DNA of 64,000 bases from Candidatus Magasanikiibacteriota bacterium (GCA_052034405.1 JBPOIO010000001.1:67-64066); one strand, 5' to 3'. Shown: positions 9,386-18,993, counted from the first letter of the stretch. Notes: a model not told the origin generated them from the letters alone. Numbers and translations: made by a program.

Positions 9386-10462
9386 TTAGAAAGAAATAAT
9401 TTGTTTTGGCAATGTTTTTTGAAGAGTTACACCATCACGAATAATTTCAAGAGAAAGCATATCAGGACTTTTGAATAAAAGCGGCGCAAGATTTGTATGA
9501 GTAATATCAACTCCAGAAATTTTTGTAATAACATCCCCAACTTTTATTTCTTTTGTTTTATCACCAGAGAGGTCAGTAACAAAAAAACCAGTTATATTTT
9601 TGAGAAATCCATTTTGAATACCTTGATCAACCATCTGCCCCTTCCAAGGAAGAGCCTGGTAATTCAATGAATGCGTACTCAAGAGAGACTTTAATGAGTT
9701 TTCAATATAAAAACCAGGGATAATGCCATTTTCACTATTAAGACCCAAGAGCTCACCTTTGTCAGTAAAAATCAAAGACGCATCAGAAATTGAGGCATGA
9801 AATGTATAAGCAGATTTCCACATTTCGGCACTTGGATTAAACTCTGGATTTTTTTCTAAGGAAGAAAGAGTCCCCAAGATATATTGACCACTACTTTTTG
9901 CAATTATTGGAGCAGAAAGTTTGAGAGCTTCAACTTCTGGAAAAGATACAAAGTGAAAACCATCGCTATTTATTTTGGCATACAAAAGATGATGATTTTT
10001 ATCAATCACTGGATTTTGTAAAGAAAAAGCAGCTCCACGATTGTCTACTACCTGCAAAGATGCCAATATATTTTTGTCGAGTATGCTTGTATTCAAAGGA
10101 AAGACAACCCAACCATCTGACGTTAAAAATACACCACTTGAAAGCGCACTTTCTGCAGGATACCAAGCATTACCCAAAAGTGTTCGTTTGTCATACAGAG
10201 TAACTTGACGCTCCATAATGTGAACAAGCATTGAAGGGTCAATACTTTTGTCTGTTTTTAGAGTGTTTTCATGTGGAAAATTGTAAAATTGGACTTGTGG
10301 AACAGCACGAGGAACAACCCAAGACAAAGCAACAAATACAGTAGAGAGACTCGCAACAATAGCAATAAAAGCACAGGAAAAAAAATAAAACAAAGATTGC
10401 TTCATCGATGAAGAAGTATTTGTTTTTTCTTTTTTTGGAAGATGTGGTGGCAAAGGTTTCAT
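9386..10462 (-). CDS. membrane-anchored degenerate HtrA/DegP-like trypsin-fold + PDZ protein
   Basis: SSGVFLTSDGWVV, KGELLGL, IKVGDVITKISG, LEIIRDG; catalytic His/Ser motifs not recognisable. Confidence 0.65.
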   Translation of the reverse strand: MKPLPPHLPKKEKTNTSSSMKQSLFYFFSCAFIAIVASLSTVFVALSWVVPRAVPQVQFYNFPHENTLKTDKSIDPSMLVHIMERQVTLYDKRTLLGNAWYPAESALSSGVFLTSDGWVVFPLNTSILDKNILASLQVVDNRGAAFSLQNPVIDKNHHLLYAKINSDGFHFVSFPEVEALKLSAPIIAKSSGQYILGTLSSLEKNPEFNPSAEMWKSAYTFHASISDASLIFTDKGELLGLNSENGIIPGFYIENSLKSLLSTHSLNYQALPWKGQMVDQGIQNGFLKNITGFFVTDLSGDKTKEIKVGDVITKISGVDITHTNLAPLLFKSPDMLSLEIIRDGVTLQKTLPKQIISF

Positions 10463-10492
10463 ACGTATAACAATTATATCATTTTTTTTAAG

Positions 10493-11272
10493 TTAAATCC
10501 ATCGGATAAAAAATAAAGCCAGAAATAAAAATACCAAAACACTTACAATAAGAAATGGAAGTTGTTTTTTCCAAAGAATTCCAGAACCTTGAAAGTGAAA
10601 ACGTGTAAGCATCTGCAGCATATACCAAATCCAAGTCAAAATTACACCAGATACCAAATATCCAAATGGCAAAAGCCCAATACTCCAAAATATTTCTGAT
10701 ATAAAAAGCGCTGTCACTACTCGCCAAAACAAAAATGTCTTTGCTTCAAATTTTACATACATTTTCCAAATTTCTCCCGCAACAAGTCCACCCATAATAC
10801 CAGCAAGCGGAACTAAAACAAAGGGCAATGAACCTGGCCACTCTGACAAAAATAGCACTCCAATGGCAAACAAAAAAGAAAAGAATGCGTAAATATTGAA
10901 TACCCACATCATCATGGCAAAACGACGAAAAGGTTGACGGCCATAACTGAGTGGAATAGAAGAATTTTCTTTGACACCAAACAAAACACCAAAAAGCAAT
11001 GCAACAAAACCCGCAAAAAAATAACGCAGCAAAGCATCGTCAATAATAGAAAACAAAAGCAATGTTGAAAGTGCCGTAGAAAGTGTCAAAAGAAGCGTAT
11101 GGTCACGACGTTTTTCTCGAAAGGTCAAATACAAAAAGGTCAGTAAAGCAAACCAAAAAAATCCAAGTGTAAGAAATAAAAGTGCCGAAGAAAATTTGAG
11201 AATCAAAAAAAATACAGTCCCAGTAATCAGTGAAGAAAGAATAGCAATAGAATATTGAAAATTTGATTTCAT
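10493..11272 (-). CDS. multi-pass membrane protein
   Basis: 259 aa, about 8-9 hydrophobic helices. Confidence 0.75.
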   Translation of the reverse strand: MKSNFQYSIAILSSLITGTVFFLILKFSSALLFLTLGFFWFALLTFLYLTFREKRRDHTLLLTLSTALSTLLLFSIIDDALLRYFFAGFVALLFGVLFGVKENSSIPLSYGRQPFRRFAMMMWVFNIYAFFSFLFAIGVLFLSEWPGSLPFVLVPLAGIMGGLVAGEIWKMYVKFEAKTFLFWRVVTALFISEIFWSIGLLPFGYLVSGVILTWIWYMLQMLTRFHFQGSGILWKKQLPFLIVSVLVFLFLALFFIRWI

Positions 11273-11281
11273 ATATTTCCT

Positions 11282-12265
11282 TTATTTCTTTTTAAAGACA
11301 TCCTGCAAAATAGTACTTACAGCAGTAGCAACCGGAATAGCGATCAAAGCCCCCAAAATGGAAGCAAATTTTGCACCAATCAAAACCGCAATAATAGAAA
11401 CAATTGGGTTGAGACCCACTGCCTTTTGCATAACCTTTGGTGCAAAAAAATGATTTTGAATTTGCTGAAGTGTAATATAAAAAAGCAAAACAACAAAAAA
11501 TAATCCTGGACCACCTTTGGTAAAAGCAAAAAATAACGCTGGTACGGCAGCAATACTTGGACCAATATAGGGAAAAAATTCCAAAAGTCCAGAGAGAAGA
11601 CCACTTACGGCTGCATATTTTATACCCAAAATTGATAACATGAGAAAAACAATGGAACCAGCGATAACTCCCAAAATAAGCTGTCCACGAAACCAGGCAC
11701 TCAAAGTATCACGAACTTTTTGAACACGCTTCAAAGTAATATCCAAATATTGTTCTGGCACCAAAGAATGAATAATATTTTGGAGCGGATCTTTTTGAAT
11801 CACCAAATAAAAAGTAAAAACCAGCACTAATACAAAAGATAATATGCCACCAAAAAATTGTTGGGCATGCGACAAAACACTCTGAACCTGATTTTCAGGA
11901 AATACAAGCCCCGAAGAAATATTGTGCAAAAAAGGAATATTCGAATTTTGAGAAAGATCCTGAAAATATTCGTAGAGCTGTCTTGAAACCTGTGGAAAGT
12001 CATGCAGCACAACCGGAATCAAAATAGCAAAGGCAAATCCAATCAAACCAAAAACTGCAATATAAACCAAAATAGCTGCGGCAATACGCGAAAGGTGTTT
12101 TTTTTCAAAATACAATGCCAAAGGCTCAATAATAGAAGCAATAATAATAGAGACAAAAAGCGCTAGCAAAATTTCACGAACCAAAAACAAAAGATAAAGC
12201 CCCACCAAAATACCAATCACTTTCAATATTGTCTTTGCACTAATTTGAATACTTCTTTCTTCCAT
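11282..12265 (-). CDS. AI-2E (PerM) family transporter
   Basis: WFRGQL, LEFFPYIGP, QQIQNHFFAPKVM..AVGLNP motifs. Confidence 0.9.
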   Translation of the reverse strand: MEERSIQISAKTILKVIGILVGLYLLFLVREILLALFVSIIIASIIEPLALYFEKKHLSRIAAAILVYIAVFGLIGFAFAILIPVVLHDFPQVSRQLYEYFQDLSQNSNIPFLHNISSGLVFPENQVQSVLSHAQQFFGGILSFVLVLVFTFYLVIQKDPLQNIIHSLVPEQYLDITLKRVQKVRDTLSAWFRGQLILGVIAGSIVFLMLSILGIKYAAVSGLLSGLLEFFPYIGPSIAAVPALFFAFTKGGPGLFFVVLLFYITLQQIQNHFFAPKVMQKAVGLNPIVSIIAVLIGAKFASILGALIAIPVATAVSTILQDVFKKK

Positions 12266-12356
12266 ATATAATAAAATAAACAGGTCCAGGGTTGAAAAAG
12301 ACTTGAAACTAGTATACAGTAGAGGAGATTTTCTGTAAAATCACAAAGAACCCACT

Positions 12357-12803
12357 ATGACTCCCCTTGCCAGCAATAAAAAAGCCAATTTTGACTATAC
12401 TATCATCCAAAAATACGAAGCTGGTATTGTTTTGTCTGGTCAAGAAGTCAAATCCATCCGATCGGGCGCTGCTCGTCTTACTGGAGCCTTTGTGACCTTT
12501 CATGAAGATACTGCCATGCTCACCAACGCCTTTATCCCCCCCTACAAGCATGCAAGCCACCTTGAAAACTATATTCCAGATGCCAGCCGAAAACTTCTTC
12601 TCAAAAAACGAGAAATTGACTATTTACGTGGAAAATTACAGCAAAAAGGCTTGACAATTGTGCCCTTGTCCCTGTATACTAAGGGACAATTCATAAAAGT
12701 AGAAATTGGCCTGGCTCAGGGTAAAAAAACCTTTGACAAGCGCCAAACCATAAAAGAACGTGAAGGCAAGCGAGAAATCGCTCGAAAAATCAAAAATCAA
12801 TAG
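12357..12803 (+). CDS. smpB: SsrA-binding protein
   Basis: NKKANFDY, EAGIVLSGQEVKSIR, RKLLLKKREI, GKKTFDKR. Confidence 0.97.
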   Translation: MTPLASNKKANFDYTIIQKYEAGIVLSGQEVKSIRSGAARLTGAFVTFHEDTAMLTNAFIPPYKHASHLENYIPDASRKLLLKKREIDYLRGKLQQKGLTIVPLSLYTKGQFIKVEIGLAQGKKTFDKRQTIKEREGKREIARKIKNQ

Positions 12804-12819
12804 GATCATTACAAATCAT

Positions 12820-13210
12820 GGGGATGACAGGGTTCGATAGACGGACCATAGTTATCGGTATTTGCATGTCGAGCCTCTGACTCGTTAAACCGGAGAAATT
12901 CTACGTGCAAACGTATTTACAGCTGTGAAAGCTAGAATTGCTTCTGCATTCTCTATGCCTTCATTCGCTGCCGCTATCGCTTAAGTGCTTTAGCCATCGA
13001 CCCCACCATACTCAATAGTGGGTCATCGGTGTCAATTATTGAGCGTAGGATAAGGGTTGTCTTGCCCAAAATCCGAAAGTTCATCAAGGCTTCTGGTGCG
13101 ACAAGTTTTTGCTTCATTTCTTACTTGGCGTACGTCAACACAAATGAGCTACACATGAAGATGGTACCCATAACCCGCTCTAGACCCGAGTTCAATTCTC
13201 GGCATCTCCA
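12820..13210 (+). ncRNA. ssrA: tmRNA
   Basis: GGGGATG/CATCTCCA acceptor stem with G3:U, T-arm CCGAGTTCAATTCTCGG, tag ORF 12907-12984 ANVFTAVKARIASAFSMPSFAAAIA*, directly after smpB. Confidence 0.95.
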
Positions 13211-13228
13211 CAATTTTTTATATTATTT

Positions 13229-13780
13229 ATGCGAATCTCACGTAAAAAACGACCAGACAAGCCACTTATACCGCTCTACAAGCTCAATGACAAAATCACT
13301 TCTCCAGAAGTGCGTGTTATTGACCCCGAAGGCAAAAACGTTGGGGTGCTTCCTACCAGCGAAGCACTTGCCATGGCCCGCGCCCAAGAAATGGATTTGG
13401 TAGAAATTAACCCAAAATCAGTACCTCCTGTGGCACAAATTTTGGAATACAGCCATTTCAAATACCAAAAAGAAAAAGAAATGCGCAAACAAAAGATCAA
13501 TTCACATATAAGTGATATCAAGGGTATCCGTATTTCTATCCGTATTTCAGACCATGACCTTGAAATCCGTACCATTCAAGCCAAAAAATTTCTTGAACGT
13601 GGGGATAAAGTCAAAGTAGAAATGATCCTGCGCGACCGAGAAAATGCCAAAATTGGTCTGGCTTTTGAAGTGATCGCAGCCTTCTATACCAAGCTCAATT
13701 CACTCATCCCTGTACGCTACGAGCAAACCGCTACTCGCCAAGGTAACAAAGTCACAGCCATTGTGATTCGAGCATCCTAA
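13229..13780 (+). CDS. infC: translation initiation factor IF-3
   Basis: NDKITSPEVRVID, MDLVEINP, FKYQKEK, FLERGDKVKV. Confidence 0.96.
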   Translation: MRISRKKRPDKPLIPLYKLNDKITSPEVRVIDPEGKNVGVLPTSEALAMARAQEMDLVEINPKSVPPVAQILEYSHFKYQKEKEMRKQKINSHISDIKGIRISIRISDHDLEIRTIQAKKFLERGDKVKVEMILRDRENAKIGLAFEVIAAFYTKLNSLIPVRYEQTATRQGNKVTAIVIRAS

Positions 13781-13859
13781 ATGCCCTTGACACAAGCTCT
13801 GTTTTCCTCTATACTAGCCCTACCCTAAAACGATACTACACTTATATTTCTTCAAATAT

Positions 13860-14078
13860 ATGCCAAAAATGAAAACACACAACGCAACGGCCAACCGTTT
13901 CAAGATGATTCGCAAGAAAAAAGCTGGAGTAAAAACTACCCAGATTATCAAACGGGCTGAAGGTCAAGACCATTTCAACGCACGTCAAACAGGAAAAACA
14001 AAACGCAACAAACGAAGTGACAATACGCAATCAAATGCAATGCGTAAAACTATTATTCGAGCACTTCCTTATAACTAA
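13860..14078 (+). CDS. rpmI: 50S ribosomal protein bL35
   Basis: MPKMKTH...RFK; between infC and rplT; own promoter TTGACA-17-TATACT upstream. Confidence 0.92.
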   Translation: MPKMKTHNATANRFKMIRKKKAGVKTTQIIKRAEGQDHFNARQTGKTKRNKRSDNTQSNAMRKTIIRALPYN

Positions 14079-14090
14079 TAAAAACTTTGT

Positions 14091-14435
14091 ATGCCAAGAG
14101 TAAAACGCGGAATGGGCCACGTCAAGCATCGCAAAAACCTAATGAAACGTACCAAAGGTTTTGAAGCTGGACGTAAAAATTTGATCAAACAAGCAAAAGT
14201 TGCAGACCTCAAAGCAGGTGTACACGCATATCGTGATCGCCGTGTGAAAAAGCGCGACATGAGAGCCCTCTTTCAAATTCGTATCAATGCTGCAGTTCGT
14301 CCACTCGGATTTAGCTACAGTAAATTCATGAATGCACTCAAGCTCAAAAATATTGCTCTCAATCGAAAAATGCTCTCTGAGATTGCAAAAGGCTATCCAG
14401 ATGTATTCAAAAAGATTGCTGACGCCACAAAATAA
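14091..14435 (+). CDS. rplT: 50S ribosomal protein bL20
   Basis: MPRVKRG, AYRDRRVKKRDMR, RINAA, LNRKMLSEIA. Confidence 0.97.
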   Translation: MPRVKRGMGHVKHRKNLMKRTKGFEAGRKNLIKQAKVADLKAGVHAYRDRRVKKRDMRALFQIRINAAVRPLGFSYSKFMNALKLKNIALNRKMLSEIAKGYPDVFKKIADATK

Positions 14436-14441
14436 TAGCTC

Positions 14442-14475
14442 AAAAATCTCCACTCCCTCGAGTGGAGATTTTTTT
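14442..14475 (+). terminator. rplT terminator
   Basis: AAAATCTCCACTC/GAGTGGAGATTTTTTT. Confidence 0.85.
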
Positions 14476-14522
14476 CTCTGAATAATATTGACATTGTGGA
14501 TAAAATATGCTATTCTACTCTA

Positions 14523-14619
14523 TCCAGAGAGAAAGATCTTTGAAGTGTTTGGCGATGTGGCGGGGGCACCCCCTCCTTTGCCTCTCATGCCTGCGCCGAA
14601 CACTTCAAGGGTCTTTTTT
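14523..14619 (+). ncRNA. candidate small RNA: long hairpin with C-rich anti-SD-like loop
   Basis: Promoter TTGACA(14488)-17-TATTCT; ~22-bp basal stem with G:U pairs on + strand; loop CCCCCTCCTT; ends in T-run. Confidence 0.6.
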
Positions 14620-14679
14620 GGTCTATTGACAGCGTCTAAAAAATCTTGTATCATATTCACATCTTTTAACATACTCAAT

Positions 14680-14799
14680 ATGGGAATGAGAAAAAAAGGC
14701 CGCGATAAGGAAAAAGCTCAATGGAAGAAGGACAAAATCACTCGCGACAAGAAAAAATTGAAACGTGTTCGCAAAGCTGCGGCAGCAAAAGTTTTGTAA
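14680..14799 (+). CDS. 39-aa highly basic small protein
   Basis: MGMRKKGRDKEKAQWKKDKITRDKKKLKRVRKAAAAKVL; own promoter TTGACA(14626)-17-TATCAT; TATG start. Confidence 0.7.
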   Translation: MGMRKKGRDKEKAQWKKDKITRDKKKLKRVRKAAAAKVL

Positions 14800-14831
14800 T
14801 ACAGACCCCTTACTTTTTTGTAAGGGAATTT

Positions 14832-14908
14832 GGATCGGTAGTTCAACTGGTTAGAGCACTGCCCTGTCACGGCAGAAGTTGCGGGTTCGAGTCCCGTCCG
14901 GTCCGCCA
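14832..14908 (+). tRNA. tRNA-Asp(GTC)
   Basis: Cloverleaf, anticodon loop CTGTCAC, TTCGA T-loop, encoded CCA. Confidence 0.97.
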
Positions 14909-15054
14909 GGAAAAAATGACACCCATAATTGGGTGTTGTTTTTTTCTGTTTGAAAATCGGACGCGAATCGAGGCCGAGTCCCATCCTTTCACCAACATTG
15001 ACAATTCCCTCTTTTTCCCTTATAATACGCACATTATTTACCCAAACAAACCAT

Positions 15055-16530
15055 ATGTCCGCCGGCAATGTAATCCTTCGTTTTGAAAACGTTTCATTCT
15101 CATACAGCGACGACAAGCCCATTCTCGAAGAGGCAAGTTTTTCTGTACGTGAAGATGCCAAAATCACCATCATGGGACAAAACGGTGCTGGTAAGTCAAC
15201 TCTCTTCAAACTCATCCTCGGAGCTTCAGGAAACGACAAACAAGCAGGTCTCAAGCCTACTGGCGGAAAAGTATTCATCCGAGACAATTCTTCTATTGCC
15301 ATCGGACTCCAGGTCATGCCAAAGGAATTTTTTGATCATACAATCCTTGAATACTTTGAAACGGTATTTGAAGAAAAAAAATATAACCTTGAAAAACTCG
15401 TCAAAGACGTCCTTGAAGTCGTACAACTTTCTATCCCACTTGAACGCAAGGTTCGTGAACTCTCTGGTGGCCAACAAGCCCGCCTCCTTCTCGCCTACGC
15501 CCTCATTCAAAAACCAGATATATTGCTTCTCGACGAGCCTACCAACAACCTTGATGCGGCCGGCATCGAGCACCTCACAGGATTTCTCATGATGTATGAA
15601 AAAACCGTAATTGTTATTTCTCACGATGCAAACTTTTTGAATGCATTTACCGACGGTGTCTTGAACCTCGATTTTTATACCAAAAAAGTAGAACAATACG
15701 TAGGAAACTATTTTAATGTAACAGAACAAATTGCAGCACAGATCGAACGTGAAGAAAAGAAAAATGCACAGCTGCGAAAAAATATCCAAGACCGTAAAGA
15801 CAAAGTTAACTTCTTTGCACACAAAGGAGGAAAAATGCGTAAACTCGCGAGTAAACTCAAAGAAGAAGTAGCAGAAGATGAAGAAAACATGGTGGACGTA
15901 AAACGTGACGACAAAACAATTCGTGATTTTGTTATTCCTGCTCAATACTGGCCAGAAGTAGTGGTGAGTATCAACAAAGTTGGTATTGTCAAAAACCACG
16001 AACGTGTATGGAAAGACCTGGATTTGAAACTCTGGCGCGCAAACCGTCTCATGATTACTGGACCAAATGGAATTGGAAAGTCAACGCTGCTCAAAGAACT
16101 TGCCCTCGCTGACGGTACAGGCGCAGTGATCACTCCAGGCGTCAAAGTTGGCTACTACCGCCAAGATTTTTCTGGACTTGATTTCAACAAAACAGTCTAT
16201 GATGCGCTTGCCGAAATGATGGACGTCCCAGATAACCAAACTATCTACGCCACAGGTGCCGCATTTTTGCTCACAGCCGAACTCATGCGCAATACGATTG
16301 GATCGCTTTCCGAAGGTCAAAAAGGCCTTCTCTGCTACGCTCGCTTTGTCCTCCAACAACCAGGACTCCTGATTCTTGACGAACCTACCAACCATATCAA
16401 CTTCCGCCACCTCCCTGTCATCGCCAAAGCTATCGATGCCTTTGAAGGAGCTATCATCCTCGTCTCTCACATGCCAGAATTTGTCGAACAAGTACGCATG
16501 ACCGACGAACTTGACCTTTCTCGCCTCTAA
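15055..16530 (+). CDS. ABC-F family ATPase
   Basis: Two NBDs (GQNGAGKST/LSGGQ/LLLDEPTN; GPNGIGKST/LSEGQ/ILDEPTN), no TM; promoter TTGACA-17-TATAAT at 14998-15026 supports start 15055. Confidence 0.93.
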   Translation: MSAGNVILRFENVSFSYSDDKPILEEASFSVREDAKITIMGQNGAGKSTLFKLILGASGNDKQAGLKPTGGKVFIRDNSSIAIGLQVMPKEFFDHTILEYFETVFEEKKYNLEKLVKDVLEVVQLSIPLERKVRELSGGQQARLLLAYALIQKPDILLLDEPTNNLDAAGIEHLTGFLMMYEKTVIVISHDANFLNAFTDGVLNLDFYTKKVEQYVGNYFNVTEQIAAQIEREEKKNAQLRKNIQDRKDKVNFFAHKGGKMRKLASKLKEEVAEDEENMVDVKRDDKTIRDFVIPAQYWPEVVVSINKVGIVKNHERVWKDLDLKLWRANRLMITGPNGIGKSTLLKELALADGTGAVITPGVKVGYYRQDFSGLDFNKTVYDALAEMMDVPDNQTIYATGAAFLLTAELMRNTIGSLSEGQKGLLCYARFVLQQPGLLILDEPTNHINFRHLPVIAKAIDAFEGAIILVSHMPEFVEQVRMTDELDLSRL

Positions 16531-16566
16531 TTGCCAAAAGGGCTTTGTTTGTGCTATCCTTTCTCT

Positions 16567-18042
16567 ATGCAAGAAGAAAACGCACAGACAATTCAAAGCC
16601 TTATAAAGCTTATCCAAAAATACGACCAAAAAGCTGATCTTGACTTGATACGGCTTTGTTATGATTTTGCTGCCCAAGCTCATGCAGGGCAGACTCGAAA
16701 ATCCGGCGAACCCTATATTATTCACCCACTTGCCGCAGCACATATTTTGGCAGAACGTCGTATTGACCCTACGATTATTGCAGCAACCCTACTCCACGAT
16801 GTCCCAGAAGATACTACTGTTACCCTCAAAGATATTGAAAAAAACTTTGGCAGTGAAATTGCCGGCCTCGTCAATGGAATCACCAAACTTGGTAAACTCA
16901 AATACCGCGGTGTTGAACGCTATATTGAAAATCTCCGAAAAATGTTTGTTGCCATGGCCGAAGATGTTCGGGTTATGATTATGAAATTTGCAGACCGCAT
17001 GCATAACCTCCAAACACTCGAAGCACTCCCCCAAGAAAAACGTTACCGTATTGCCCTTGAATCTCTCGAGATCTATGCCCCTATTGCAGGACGCCTTGGT
17101 ATGGATAATATGAAAGGAGAACTCGAAGATCTTTCTTTTAAATATGTCTATCCAAAAGAATATATCCGCATGAGACAACTGCGTGACGAACGTCTCAAAG
17201 GAAAAGAACAATATATTGAACATGTTGCCAAACATGCAAAAGACGAACTGAAAAAAAATAATATTCATGTTATTGAAATCATGGGACGAAACAAACGCCT
17301 CTATAGTTTGTACCAAAAACTTTTGCGCAAAGATAATGACATTACAAAAATTTACGACTTTGTGGCTATTCGTATTTTGGTTCCAACCCTTGGTGACTGC
17401 TATGCCACCCTTGGAATCTTGCATAAAATTTGGAAACCACTCAAAGGCCGCATCAAAGACTATATTTCACAACCAAAACCAAATGGCTACCAATCACTGC
17501 ATACCACACTCTTTTGCGAAGAAGGTGAAGTTGTGGAATTTCAAATTCGTACTCCTGACATGAACCAACAGGCGGACTTTGGTATTGCAGCACACTGGCA
17601 CTACGACGAACAAGGTTCTCGTATGCCCAAAAAAGAAGTGCAATGGGCCAGAGAACTTGCAGAAATTCAAAAAGACGTCCTCAATAAACTTTCAGACCTT
17701 GAAGAAATAAAAGTAGATTTTCTCCAAACCCGTATTTTTGTCTTTACTCCAAAAGGTGACGTTATTGACCTTCCAGAAGGTTCTACCCCCGTGGATTTTG
17801 CCTATCACATTCATACTGACATTGGGAACAAATGCGGAGCTTCTATTGTCAATGACAAAATGGTGAGTCTCAATACTGAACTCAAAAATGGCGATGTGGT
17901 AGAAATTATCACCGAAAAAAATCGAAAAGGCCCAAATGCTGATTGGCTCGACTTTGTAAAAACACATACGGCCCGAACACATATTGGCCTTTACAAAAAA
18001 CACGAAACACTTCCAGGATGGCTCAAATCTGTCCTCAAATAA
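16567..18042 (+). CDS. rel: RelA/SpoT (p)ppGpp hydrolase/synthetase with TGS, lacking C-terminal ZFD/ACT
   Basis: RKSGEPYIIHP, LLHDVPEDT, KDYISQPKPNGYQSLHTT, EFQIRT, TPVDFAYHIHT. Confidence 0.93.
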   Translation: MQEENAQTIQSLIKLIQKYDQKADLDLIRLCYDFAAQAHAGQTRKSGEPYIIHPLAAAHILAERRIDPTIIAATLLHDVPEDTTVTLKDIEKNFGSEIAGLVNGITKLGKLKYRGVERYIENLRKMFVAMAEDVRVMIMKFADRMHNLQTLEALPQEKRYRIALESLEIYAPIAGRLGMDNMKGELEDLSFKYVYPKEYIRMRQLRDERLKGKEQYIEHVAKHAKDELKKNNIHVIEIMGRNKRLYSLYQKLLRKDNDITKIYDFVAIRILVPTLGDCYATLGILHKIWKPLKGRIKDYISQPKPNGYQSLHTTLFCEEGEVVEFQIRTPDMNQQADFGIAAHWHYDEQGSRMPKKEVQWARELAEIQKDVLNKLSDLEEIKVDFLQTRIFVFTPKGDVIDLPEGSTPVDFAYHIHTDIGNKCGASIVNDKMVSLNTELKNGDVVEIITEKNRKGPNADWLDFVKTHTARTHIGLYKKHETLPGWLKSVLK

Positions 18043-18092
18043 AAAATCCGCTTGAATGCGGATTTTTGTTTACAATATTTTTAAAGCGAGTT

Positions 18093-18965
18093 CTAGAGAA
18101 GTATTTCATCCAAAATTCGTTTCAATTCTTCACGCGAGTGATATTCAATATTAATAGTCCCCTTTTCTCCACGAGGAGAAATACGAACTTTTGCACCAAA
18201 TTTTTCTTCGAGAAGTTGTTCTTGGGCAACAATATTTGGATCTCGTTTTTGTACACCTTTACGAGCGGCAGCACCTTTTTGCATGACAATATGTTCGATA
18301 TCTCGAACCGTCATATGTGTCCCCATCATACTTTCAAAAGCAGCAAGCTGTTCGTCAACAGAACGAAGACTCAAAATCGTTCGGGCTTTTGAGGTACTGA
18401 GTGTCCCATCCATAACCGCACTTTGAATTTTGTCTGGAAGATCCAAAAGACGAATCGTATTGGCAATCACTGGACGACTTTTGCCAACTTTTTGTGAAAC
18501 CTGTTCTTGCGTCAAATAAAATTGCTCCATGAGACGTTTATAGGCAAAGGCTTCTTCGATAGGGTTCAAATTTTGTCGTTGAATATTTTCAATCAGGGCA
18601 AGTTCCAATTTTTCTTGACGATTGACGGTTCGAACCAAAGCTGGAATAGTCGCCACACCAGCCCGCTGACTTGCACGAAAACGACGTTCACCCGCAATAA
18701 TTTCATAACCACCGTCTTCTTTTTCTGTAACCGTGATAGGCTGCAAAACTCCATGTTCCTTGATCGATTGCACCAAATCTTCAAGTTCTTCCTCTGCAAA
18801 AAAACGACGAGGCTGTTCCTCATTTGCAACGATTTCGGAAAGTGGTATATGCCACAGACGTTCTGAATCTTTGAATCTTTCTTTTGGAGCAGGAGCTTCA
18901 CTGTGAATAGCGGTTGTGGGTTTTCCAACAGGAATAAGAGAACCCAAGCCTTTGCCAAGAGCCAT
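18093..18965 (-). CDS. parB: ParB/Spo0J partition protein
   Basis: LGKGLGSLI, QPRR.F, IIAGERRFRA, LIENIQRQNLNPIEEA. Confidence 0.96.
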   Translation of the reverse strand: MALGKGLGSLIPVGKPTTAIHSEAPAPKERFKDSERLWHIPLSEIVANEEQPRRFFAEEELEDLVQSIKEHGVLQPITVTEKEDGGYEIIAGERRFRASQRAGVATIPALVRTVNRQEKLELALIENIQRQNLNPIEEAFAYKRLMEQFYLTQEQVSQKVGKSRPVIANTIRLLDLPDKIQSAVMDGTLSTSKARTILSLRSVDEQLAAFESMMGTHMTVRDIEHIVMQKGAAARKGVQKRDPNIVAQEQLLEEKFGAKVRISPRGEKGTINIEYHSREELKRILDEILL

Positions 18966-18993
18966 AGTAAAAAGTTAGAAGTTTGAAATAAAT

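Noticed and set aside
14488-14799. 103-aa ORF from TTG at 14488
   Set aside because: The TTG is a -35 box and the ORF crosses a hairpin/terminator and a second promoter; only the last 39 codons look real
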